Position numbers and translations under genes: made by a program. A stretch of DNA of 64,000 nt from Trueperaceae bacterium. GTDB taxonomy: Bacteria; Deinococcota; Deinococci; Deinococcales; Trueperaceae. Shown here one piece after another: positions 49,253-57,810 of the stretch. The number at the start of each line of letters is the position of its first letter. The stretch's first letter is position 1. The notes below the pieces were generated by a model, which was given only the letters and a program-made list of their open reading frames with translations, had not been told where the DNA came from and did not search any database. Location: the NCBI GenBank assembly GCA_965213705.1, contig OZ243913.1, positions 832,001-896,000 of the forward strand, read 5' to 3'.

Positions 49253-51076
49253 ATGGGCTTCATCATGGACGGCGTCGCCACCGAGGCGTACGACCGCAGC
49301 TACAGCGACCGCCAACTCTTGCGCCGCATCTTCGCCTATTTCCGGCCGCACCTAAAAACGATGGTGTTCGTCGCCCTCATGACCTTTTTGGACGCGCTGA
49401 TGGGCGCGGCGCTGCCGGTCTTAATCTCGCGCGGCATCGACGTGTTGGACGGCTCGAGCGACTTGCAAGCCGGGCTGTGGCAACAAGCGGGCGGTCTGCT
49501 CGTCGCCGTGTTGCTGGCCGGGGCGCTCGCCTGGACGTTCAACTTTTTTCGCCAGACCTATACCGCTCGCGCAGTGGGCGACGTGGTGCTCGAGCTGCGC
49601 AAGGACGCCTTCGACGCGGTGCTGGCGCGCGACATGTCGTTTTACGACGAGTTCTCGACCGGCAAAATCGTCAGCCGCGTCACCTCGGACACGCAAGACT
49701 TCGCGACCGTCGTCACCCTGACGCTCAACCTCATGAGCCAGGTGTTGCAAATCCTCATCATCGTCGGCGTGCTGTTTTACCTGAACGTGCGCCTCACGCT
49801 CATCGCGCTTGTTATCGCGCCCTTTATCGTCGCGGCGGCCCTGGCATTTCGCTACGTCGCGCGCTTTACCGCGCAGCAGGCGCGGCGCGTCCTCGCCGAG
49901 GTAAACGCGAACGTGCAGGAGTCTGTCACGGGCATCTCGGTGGCGAAGGCGTTTCGGCAGGAGCGGACCGTGTTCGACACCTTCAGCCGGGTCAACGAGC
50001 AGTCCTACGACCTGAACTTGCGGCAGGGCCTCGTCTTCAGCTCGATTTTCCCCATCCTCGGCACCATTGCGGGAGTCGGCACGGCGCTGGTCGTGTACTT
50101 CGGCGGGCGCAGCGTTTTGGCGGGTACGGTCACGGCGGGCGAGTGGTACTTGTTCGTCCAGAGCGTCGCGCTGTTCTGGTTTCCGCTGACGAGCATCGCC
50201 TCGTTTTGGAGCCAGTTTCAGCAAGGACTGGCGGCGAGCGAGCGCGTTTTCGCCCTCGTCGACGCCGAGCCTCGAGTGGTGCAGATCGGCGCTGAACAGG
50301 TTGGGGATTTGCGGGGGCGGCTCGAGTTCGTGAGGATGGACTTTCGATACACCGAACAGGAGCAGGTGCTCCGCAGTTTCGACCTGACGATTCCGGCCGG
50401 GGAGACCGTCGCCTTTGTCGGCCACACCGGGGCGGGCAAGTCGAGCCTTGGCAAGCTCGTCGCGCGTTTTTACGAGTTTCAGGGCGGTCAGTTGCTCGTC
50501 GACGGGCGCGACATCCGCACGCTCGACTTGCAAAGTTACCGCCGTCACCTAGGCATCGTCCAGCAGACGCCCTTTTTGTTCCGCGGCACGGTGCGCGAAA
50601 ACATCCGCTACGGGGCTCCAAACGCCTCGGACGAAGAGGTGGTTGCGGTGGCGCGGCGGGTCGGCGGCGGCGACTGGCTGGACGTGTTGCCGCAGGGTTT
50701 GGACACCGACGTGGGCGAGTCCGGCAAGGGCATTTCGGGCGGGCAGCGGCAGCTCGTGGCCTTGGCTCGAGTGCTGCTGCAAAACCCGCGTATTTTAATC
50801 CTGGACGAGGCGACGGCGAGCGTCGACCCATTGACCGAGGCGCAGATTCAAGAGGGGCTCGAGCTTGTCCTGCGTGACCGCACCGCCATCGTCATCGCCC
50901 ACCGGCTCTCGACCATTCGCAGCGCCGACCGAATTATCGTGTTGAGCAAGGGCGAAATTGTCGAGGAGGGTACGCACGAGGGCTTGCTCGAGCAAGGTGG
51001 TCACTACGCCGAACTCTACAACACCTACTTCCGGCACCAGTCGCCGGACTACGACCCGGTAGGGGCGGGGTCTTAG
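49253..51076 (+). CDS. ABC exporter half-transporter, consensus Walker B
   Basis: GHTGAGKS, ISGGQ, ILDEATAS, AHRLST. Confidence 0.93.
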   Translation: MGFIMDGVATEAYDRSYSDRQLLRRIFAYFRPHLKTMVFVALMTFLDALMGAALPVLISRGIDVLDGSSDLQAGLWQQAGGLLVAVLLAGALAWTFNFFRQTYTARAVGDVVLELRKDAFDAVLARDMSFYDEFSTGKIVSRVTSDTQDFATVVTLTLNLMSQVLQILIIVGVLFYLNVRLTLIALVIAPFIVAAALAFRYVARFTAQQARRVLAEVNANVQESVTGISVAKAFRQERTVFDTFSRVNEQSYDLNLRQGLVFSSIFPILGTIAGVGTALVVYFGGRSVLAGTVTAGEWYLFVQSVALFWFPLTSIASFWSQFQQGLAASERVFALVDAEPRVVQIGAEQVGDLRGRLEFVRMDFRYTEQEQVLRSFDLTIPAGETVAFVGHTGAGKSSLGKLVARFYEFQGGQLLVDGRDIRTLDLQSYRRHLGIVQQTPFLFRGTVRENIRYGAPNASDEEVVAVARRVGGGDWLDVLPQGLDTDVGESGKGISGGQRQLVALARVLLQNPRILILDEATASVDPLTEAQIQEGLELVLRDRTAIVIAHRLSTIRSADRIIVLSKGEIVEEGTHEGLLEQGGHYAELYNTYFRHQSPDYDPVGAGS

Positions 51077-51114
51077 AAAACTCGAGAAACCTCAGCCACG
51101 TGCTCGAGCAAAAA

Positions 51115-51141
51115 CGAGGTGTGGGAAAATCCCACACCTCG
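51115..51141. terminator. Bidirectional terminator-like hairpin
   Basis: CGAGGTGTGGGA-AAA-TCCCACACCTCG between convergent genes. Confidence 0.75.
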
Positions 51142-51170
51142 ACTTTCGTCAAGCTGTTTTTACCGGAACC

Positions 51171-52013
51171 TCACGCCATCTGCCGCTGCGACACCACGCT
51201 TTCTTCCGGCACCATGCGCTCGCCGATTTTGGCGGCGGCGATGTAGAGCACGACCGCTGCGCCGATTTTGTTGACCATGTCGGCCACCGTAAAGGCGATG
51301 TGTACCCAGTTGAGCGACAAACCCGGCGCGAGCGCGGGCAGCATGTAGCCGATGGGGTAAACGCCCCACGTGGTCACGGTCGCAAAGGCCAACCACTTGT
51401 AGGCGGTGCGTTCCTCGGGTTTGGCGTCCGCGCCGTGGCGGCGGTAAAGGCTGAACAGGATGATGGGGATGAAGACGTAACCTATCGTCGAGACAAAGCC
51501 CCAAAAGTAAAGCCTGCCGTTTAAGTAGTTGCCCGTCGCGGTGAACTGCTGCTCGCCGATGTACCCCGTGACAATCATAAACAGGTCGGCCAACAAGAGC
51601 AGCGCGAGCGCGCCCTTGATGTTTTTGGGTTTGATGCGCAGGGTCATGACGGTTTTTAAGAGCAGTAGCGGCGTCGTGATAAACCAGTCGATGTAGCGGT
51701 ACTGGCCGATTGCCAAAAATGAGTCGCGCACGAGCGTTTGCCGCGCGGCCGCGTCGGGGGTGTTGGCGAGTTCCACCAACATCGAGTGGTAATACTGGTG
51801 AATGAAAAAGTAAGACACCCCGGCCACGCCCACGATGACCGCCGAGAGCACAATCGAGTCGCGGTGCTCGGGCGCAATTCGGTCACGGTTCGAAAGTGCC
51901 CACACGAATGTACCTGCAAAACCGAATACGGAGACGAAAAGAGCGTAGTTGGTGATGGCGGCGAGTAGCCCCACCGACGCCGCCGTCGGAATAAACTGGT
52001 CTGCAAAACGCAT
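51171..52013 (-). CDS. Microbial (type 1) rhodopsin, DTK motif
   Basis: Seven TM segments; RYIDWFITTPLLLLK, WGVYPIGY, ADMVNKIG retinal Lys. Confidence 0.92.
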   Translation of the reverse strand: MRFADQFIPTAASVGLLAAITNYALFVSVFGFAGTFVWALSNRDRIAPEHRDSIVLSAVIVGVAGVSYFFIHQYYHSMLVELANTPDAAARQTLVRDSFLAIGQYRYIDWFITTPLLLLKTVMTLRIKPKNIKGALALLLLADLFMIVTGYIGEQQFTATGNYLNGRLYFWGFVSTIGYVFIPIILFSLYRRHGADAKPEERTAYKWLAFATVTTWGVYPIGYMLPALAPGLSLNWVHIAFTVADMVNKIGAAVVLYIAAAKIGERMVPEESVVSQRQMA

Positions 52014-52390
52014 GTTTCCCCCCGGCCGTTTAACGGTCTGAACTAAAACGTTTAACCTTTTAGAGTCGTTTGTCGTCTCACCCCCACGCGACCCTTGCGC
52101 CGCTTCTGATGGCTGAGATAGTAGCGCCGCGTGAGAACGCCGACTATTCCTGGAATTACTATTTTCGGGCGGGCTCGAGCTTACAAAAACTTCGTATTCT
52201 TAAACCTCTATTTTGTGGTGACCTCGAACCCTAGCCGGCGTCTGTTGGGTGACCGGACAACCCTTACGGCGGCAGGGTTCAGTTCGAAAACAAAGCTTGG
52301 CTCGAGCGTGTTGAAAGATTCGCTTTTCTCAAAGTCAAGTGTCGAAGCAATCCGCCTTTTGCTACAATCAACTCACCCACGGAGGCGCAC

Positions 52391-52936
52391 ATGAGCCTGA
52401 CCATCAAAAAAGAACCCTTCACCTACCACGACCTGGACAACTTCCCCGACGACGGTAAGCGCCGCGAAATCATTGGAGGCGACCTTTACGTGAGCGCAGC
52501 ACCTAACACACGCCACCAGCGGCTTATCGTCGAATTAGTCTTTCTGATTCGTAGCTTTTTACAAGACAATCCAGTGGGCACTGTGTTTGCAGCACCTACC
52601 CAAGTCGTCTTCGACGAAATGGAGAGCGTCGAGCCGGATATTTTTGTGGTCCTCAAAGAAGGACGTGCCGAAATTACCGAACGAAGAATCTTGGGCGCAC
52701 CCGCCTGGGTCGTCGAGGTGTTGTCGCCCTCGAACCGAGACTACGACCTGGAAACGAAGCGCAAACTTTACGCTCGCTACGGCGTGGTCTACTGGGTCGT
52801 CGACCCTGAAGCTGAGGAGATTTTGAGCTGGGATACAGAGGGAAAAGTAGTCTACCAGAGAGGTGACGAGGCGAAAGTTTCTGTGTTGCCGGGGTTTGGG
52901 CTCGAGCCCACCCTGCTGTTCGACGCTGTTAGTTAA
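52391..52936 (+). CDS. Uma2 family endonuclease
   Basis: PDDGKRREIIGG, APNTRHQ, VEPD, VVEVLSPS, YWVVDP. Confidence 0.92.
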   Translation: MSLTIKKEPFTYHDLDNFPDDGKRREIIGGDLYVSAAPNTRHQRLIVELVFLIRSFLQDNPVGTVFAAPTQVVFDEMESVEPDIFVVLKEGRAEITERRILGAPAWVVEVLSPSNRDYDLETKRKLYARYGVVYWVVDPEAEEILSWDTEGKVVYQRGDEAKVSVLPGFGLEPTLLFDAVS

Positions 52937-52949
52937 GCTGGCGTTTTCT

Positions 52950-53294
52950 ATGAAGCAGGTTGCACTCCTCCTGTTTATAACTTTCACGATAGGTTTTCTC
53001 ACCAGTTGTGGTGGCGTCAAAGTTACCGTCCAAAACGTGAGTGATAAACTGTTGCAGGATGTTGAATTACGTACAACGTCGGACGTGTACGAACTCGGTA
53101 GTATCCCGCCCGGAAGCAGCGTCAGCGAGCGGATTAGGCCTACAGAGGATACAGATTTAGCCTTGTCTCACCGGGACCATCCCGAACGGCTGATGGTAGG
53201 CACTTACCTGACGGGTGGGCTCACCGGACAAATCACGATAGACCTTAACGACGACGCTATTACGAAAGTTTCCGACGACATAAAAGTCCGGTAA
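52950..53294 (+). CDS. Hypothetical lipoprotein
   Basis: MKQVALLLFITFTIGFLTSC lipobox; lower GC. Confidence 0.7.
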   Translation: MKQVALLLFITFTIGFLTSCGGVKVTVQNVSDKLLQDVELRTTSDVYELGSIPPGSSVSERIRPTEDTDLALSHRDHPERLMVGTYLTGGLTGQITIDLNDDAITKVSDDIKVR

Positions 53295-53422
53295 GAGGCG
53301 GTGGACGATGCGGGTTTCAAAAGCTTTATGCTCAACTCGTCGTCAGCTCTACGCCTAGCTTCGTGAGTTACGTCAGCAGTTCAAATGTTTTTCCCCCTTC
53401 TCTTTAATTTTCGTTCTTCGCA

Positions 53423-55372
53423 CTACCGAACTTCACTCCCACTCGCAATATCTCTGTCTAGCGCAGACACGCTCAGGTTTCCTTCATCGTCCTCGGCGGC
53501 CAGAATCATCCCCTGCGACTCGACGCCGCGCAGTTTCACGGGTTTGAGGTTGGCGACGATGATGACTTTTTTGCCGGTCAACTCTTCGGGCTTGTACCAC
53601 TGCCGGATGCCCGAAACAATCGTGCGCTCTTCCGAACCGAGCTTCACGCTCAAAACGAGGAGTTTGTCGGCCTTCGGGTGCGGCTCGCACTTGACGACCT
53701 CGGCGACGCGGAACTCGAGCCTCGCAAAGTCCTCAATCGTCACCTCGTCCTTGTGCTCGAGGGGCGTTTCCTCGCGCAACACGTCTTTCATAAGCGCCTC
53801 CAAGTCGATGCGCGGGAAAAGCGGGTCGCCGGGTTGGGTCTTCGTGTCGGCGGGCGTGTCGCCCCACACGGCGGCTTTGTTCAGGTCGTAGTAGAGGGTC
53901 TCGAGCCCGAGCTGCTTACGCAACTCCTGCGCCTTGGTCGGAATCACCGGGTCGAGGAGGATGGACGCGACGCGCAAGCCCTCGACGCAGTTGTACAGCA
54001 CCGTGTTCAAGCGCTCGGCGTCGGCCTCGTCTCGAGCCAGCACCCAGGGCTGCGTCTCGGCGATGTACTTGTTCGCCTTGCGCACAGCTTCCAACACGCT
54101 CTCGATGGCGCGGTCGAACTGGAGGTCGTCGAACTGCTGCGTGACGGTTGCGGGGAGGGCAACAAAGGCGTCGCGTAGCGCCTCGTCGGTGGGCTCGAGC
54201 GCGCCCGGCCCCTTCACCACGCCGCCCCGGTACTTGCCGAGCATCCCGAGCGTGCGGTTGAGCAAGTTGCCTAAGTCGTTCGCCAGGTCCGAGTTGATGC
54301 GCTCGGCCAGCCCCACCTCGCTGAACGAAGCGTCCAGCCCGAAGGTCATGTCGCGCAACAGGTAGTAGCGAAAGGCGTCGTTGCCGTACTTGTCTTTCAA
54401 GTCCAGGGGCCGCACCACGTTCCCTTTAGACTTGCTCATCTTGCCGCCGTCCACCAACCAGTAACCGTGGACGTTGAGGTGCTGGTAAATCGGCAAGCCC
54501 GCCGCTTTCAGCATCGTCGGCCAAAAGACGCCGTGGGGTTTCAAGATGTCCTTGGCGATAAAGTGCTCGACGTGGGGCCAGTAGCGCTCGGTCAAACTTT
54601 GGCTCTCGAGGGCCGAGAAATAGTTGATGAGCGCGTCGAACCACACGTAAGTCACGTGGTTTTCGTCCCACGGGAGCGGGATGCCCCAGGGCACGCGGCT
54701 TCGGGGGCGGCTTATCGAGAGGTCGCCGATGGGCTCGCGCAGGATGCCTAAAACCTCGTTTTTGTAGCGCTCGGGCCGGATGAAGTCCGGGTTTTGCTCG
54801 ATGTAGTCTTTCAGCCAGGGGCGGTACTTTTCCATGCGGAAAAAGTAGTTTTCTTCCGACCGGTACTCGAGCCTTATGTCGTGCTGCGGACACTTGCCGT
54901 CGACGAGTTCTTTCTCGGTGTAGTAGCGCTCGCAGCCGACGCAGTACAAGCCGCCGTACTCGCCGAAGATGATGTCGCCGGAGTCGTAAACGCGCTGGAG
55001 GATTTCACTGACGACTTTTTTGTGCCGCGCCTCGGTCGTGCGGATGAACTCGTCGTAGTGGATGCCCAGGTCGTCCCAAACCGCGCGGAACTGCCCTGAA
55101 ATCCGGTCGGTGTAGGCCTGCGGACTCAAGCCGGCGGCCTCGGCGGCTTTTTGTACCTTTTCGCCGTGCTCGTCGGTGCCGGTCAGGAAATAGGTGTCGT
55201 CGCCCTTGAGCCGGTGAAGCCTCGTCACCACGTCAACGAGCGTCGTCGTGTAGGCGTGGCCGATGTGCGGCTCGGCGTTGACGTAAAAGATGGGCGTGGT
55301 GGCGTAGTAGATGGTTTGGTTTGGGTCGGCGGGACTCGCGTCTTCCGGTTTGGGCTGTGTCTCCGTGGTCAT
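53423..55372 (-). CDS. metG: Methionyl-tRNA synthetase with C-terminal tRNA-binding domain
   Basis: PHIGHAY, TGTDEHG, CVGC, KMSKS, SQGMILAA; RBS AGGAG. Confidence 0.97.
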   Translation of the reverse strand: MTTETQPKPEDASPADPNQTIYYATTPIFYVNAEPHIGHAYTTTLVDVVTRLHRLKGDDTYFLTGTDEHGEKVQKAAEAAGLSPQAYTDRISGQFRAVWDDLGIHYDEFIRTTEARHKKVVSEILQRVYDSGDIIFGEYGGLYCVGCERYYTEKELVDGKCPQHDIRLEYRSEENYFFRMEKYRPWLKDYIEQNPDFIRPERYKNEVLGILREPIGDLSISRPRSRVPWGIPLPWDENHVTYVWFDALINYFSALESQSLTERYWPHVEHFIAKDILKPHGVFWPTMLKAAGLPIYQHLNVHGYWLVDGGKMSKSKGNVVRPLDLKDKYGNDAFRYYLLRDMTFGLDASFSEVGLAERINSDLANDLGNLLNRTLGMLGKYRGGVVKGPGALEPTDEALRDAFVALPATVTQQFDDLQFDRAIESVLEAVRKANKYIAETQPWVLARDEADAERLNTVLYNCVEGLRVASILLDPVIPTKAQELRKQLGLETLYYDLNKAAVWGDTPADTKTQPGDPLFPRIDLEALMKDVLREETPLEHKDEVTIEDFARLEFRVAEVVKCEPHPKADKLLVLSVKLGSEERTIVSGIRQWYKPEELTGKKVIIVANLKPVKLRGVESQGMILAAEDDEGNLSVSALDRDIASGSEVR

Positions 55373-55390
55373 CTTCGTTCTCCTAACGGC

Positions 55391-55423
55391 AAAAAAAGAA
55401 GGGCGCTTTCGCAAAAGCGCCCC
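55391..55423 (-). terminator. Intrinsic terminator in the metG leader (attenuator)
   Basis: GGGCGCTTT-TGCG-AAAGCGCCC-TTCTTTTTTT, ending about 18 nt before the metG ATG. Confidence 0.85.
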
Positions 55424-55443
55424 GTAACGACTAGGTTGAAAAC

Positions 55444-55482
55444 CTATCCGACTCCAGGGCAAAGTTGCATCAGTCGCTTCAT
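55444..55482 (-). CDS. Putative metG leader peptide MKRLMQLCPGVG
   Basis: TATACT 6 nt before ATG (leaderless), internal Met codon, followed by a hairpin and the terminator. Confidence 0.6.
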   Translation of the reverse strand: MKRLMQLCPGVG

Positions 55483-55634
55483 AGGGCAAGTATAGCAGAC
55501 CTTTGGAACGCGCGTGCTGTAGGCGTTTGCCGACTCGAGATACTGGGTGGCGGCGTAGCAAGCGGTGGCGGTTACTCCGGCTCGTCCCTTACAAAGCTAC
55601 AATCGGACTATGTTTTTCAGAAGAGGTGACCCCC

Positions 55635-56240
55635 ATGACAAACGTTGAAATTCCCGATATTTCCCGAACCGAACGCCTCGAGCTGCCCGCCCCCCGCACC
55701 GCCTTAATCGTCGTGGACATGCAAAACGACTTCGCCCACCCCGACGGAACGCTTTACGGCGAGGACGCGACGCGCGTCATCCCAACCATTCAAGGACTGC
55801 TCGAAAAGGCTCGAGCCGCGGGCATGCGCGTCATCTTTACCCAGGACTGGCACGGTGACGCCGACCCCGAGTTCGAGATTTGGGGCGAGCACGCTCTAGC
55901 CGATACCTGGGGCGCGGAGATTGTGGAGGGCTTGGAGCCGCGCGACGATGAAACCCGCATCCGTAAACTTCGCTACGACGCGTTTTACGGCACGTCTTTG
56001 GAGCACCTGCTAAACCTCTGGGGCATCACCCACACCGTCATCGTCGGCACCGTCGCCAACATCTGCGTGCTCCACACGGCGGGCTCGGCGGCGCTGCGCT
56101 ATCTGGACGTGGTCGTCCCCGAAGACGCGGTCGCCGCACTCACAGATTTCGACAAGGAAAGCGCGCTGCGGCAGGTGACTTTCCTCTACCGCGGTGAGGT
56201 CACGAAAGCCGACGGCATCACTTTCGTCCAATCAGCGTGA
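55635..56240 (+). CDS. Cysteine hydrolase, nicotinamidase (PncA)-like
   Basis: VVDMQNDF, QDWH, WGEH, K.RYDAF, VANICV. Confidence 0.85.
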   Translation: MTNVEIPDISRTERLELPAPRTALIVVDMQNDFAHPDGTLYGEDATRVIPTIQGLLEKARAAGMRVIFTQDWHGDADPEFEIWGEHALADTWGAEIVEGLEPRDDETRIRKLRYDAFYGTSLEHLLNLWGITHTVIVGTVANICVLHTAGSAALRYLDVVVPEDAVAALTDFDKESALRQVTFLYRGEVTKADGITFVQSA

Positions 56241-56923
56241 GGGAGGTTCAAGGCGTCCTGTTCGATATGGACGGCCTGCTCCTCGATAGCGAGCGATTGT
56301 ATTTAGAGGCGACTCGGCAGGCATTCGAGGAGCACTCGTTCGATTTTCAAACAGATGCGTACTTAGAGTGCATCTGTACACCTGACGTGGAAGCGGTGAA
56401 GATTATGCGCACGGCTTACGATGACACTTTGCCCGTTGAGAAAGTGATGGCTCGAGCTGCGGAACTCTACAGGAAGCGCGTACATTCGGAACCCGTGCCG
56501 CTCAAAGAAGGTTGTTTGGAGTTGTTGGGCTTTTTGGAAGAGAACGACATCAAGTGCGCGGTCGTCACTTCGACGCGCACCGAACTGGCTGAGCACAAGC
56601 TGCGGCTTGCCGGAATTCACGACGCGTTTTCTTTTGTTATAGGTGGCGACCAGGTGACGCGCAGCAAACCCGCGCCGGACATCTACCTCCGCGGCGTCGA
56701 AAAAATGGGTGTTCCGGTTGAAGCCTGCCTCGCTCTGGAAGATTCGGAAAACGGCGTGCGGGCGGCGGTGGTGGCGGGTCTGCAGGTCGTTCAGGTGCCG
56801 GATTTGAAAGCGCCGTCGGACGAATTCTTGACGTTGGGCCATGAGGTTCTACCTTCGCTCAGGGCAGTTAAGGATTATTTGGCGGGGTTGGGAAGCGTTT
56901 CGGTTGATACATACAGCGTTTGA
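56237..56923 (+). CDS. HAD family phosphatase
   Basis: FDMDGLLLDSE, VTS, KPAPD, LEDSENG. Confidence 0.92.
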   Translation: MREVQGVLFDMDGLLLDSERLYLEATRQAFEEHSFDFQTDAYLECICTPDVEAVKIMRTAYDDTLPVEKVMARAAELYRKRVHSEPVPLKEGCLELLGFLEENDIKCAVVTSTRTELAEHKLRLAGIHDAFSFVIGGDQVTRSKPAPDIYLRGVEKMGVPVEACLALEDSENGVRAAVVAGLQVVQVPDLKAPSDEFLTLGHEVLPSLRAVKDYLAGLGSVSVDTYSV

Positions 56924-56991
56924 CTCACCCCTGCCTCCCCTTTGAGGGTAGGTGCCGAAGGGTGGAGGGCTCGAGGGTCGGATTGAAACCT

Positions 56992-57591
56992 TCAAGCCTC
57001 CACCAACGCCCCGAAGTCGATTTCAGCCGCGGGCCGCACGTCGGCCTTCAGCACGCGCTCCATAATCCGCAGCGCCTCGTCGCCATAGTCGTCACGCTCC
57101 GCCGCCACGCAGTCGGGCGGGACGACGAGCTTGAAGTCCTGCATGTAGGCGTCGTTGGCGGTGAACAGCACGCAGATGTCGGTGGCGACGCCGCAGAGGA
57201 TAAGCGTTTCGACGCCCAAGTCGCGCAGCAGCGTGTAGAGCGAGGTGAGAAAGAAGCCCGAGTGTTTCGGTTTGAGGACGAAGTAGTCGTCCTCTTCGGG
57301 CCGCAAAAGCTCGACCATTCGTTTGCCGGGCGTGTCGCCCAAGCAGTACTCGACGACGCGGGTAAAGTCGCTCTGCCAGCGCCCGAAGTTGTCGTTGACG
57401 TAGACCACCGGTACCCCGGCGATTTTGGCGCGGCATTTCAGGTCGGCAATCGTCTCAGCTACCGGCAGGGCGCGTTCCAGCAAGTTTTCAGCGCCTTCAA
57501 ACTCGAGCGGGTTGATAACGTCGATAAGCAAAAGTGCGACGACGGACTCGTCGGCTTTGTCGTGGTGCAAGGCTTTCGGGTCTCTCGGCAT
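56992..57591 (-). CDS. Isochorismatase family cysteine hydrolase
   Basis: LIDVIN, YVNDNFG, KPKHSGF, ATDICV. Confidence 0.88.
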   Translation of the reverse strand: MPRDPKALHHDKADESVVALLLIDVINPLEFEGAENLLERALPVAETIADLKCRAKIAGVPVVYVNDNFGRWQSDFTRVVEYCLGDTPGKRMVELLRPEEDDYFVLKPKHSGFFLTSLYTLLRDLGVETLILCGVATDICVLFTANDAYMQDFKLVVPPDCVAAERDDYGDEALRIMERVLKADVRPAAEIDFGALVEA

Positions 57592-57751
57592 GGTTGCCCC
57601 CTGGGCTTTATCAAAAAACCGCCCGGCGAAAAGAACCGTATCCCGACGCACCTTCTACCGTAGGACGACGCTGGAAACGCGTGCGGACAAGCTGATATTC
57701 TCGGCTTATGCACCTTCCCTGAGCAGGGGAGCGGAGGAGAACAGGCTTTTG

Positions 57752-57792
<41 letters not shown>

Positions 57793-57810
57793 GGTACTCG
57801 GTACTTTCCC

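Noticed and set aside
52391..52936. Uma2 as part of a defence system
   Set aside because: Solitary, with no methylase or partner; Uma2 genes are commonly multicopy orphans
55373..55500. T-box or SAM riboswitch before metG
   Set aside because: Leader is too short and no consensus recognised; uORF plus terminator fits better
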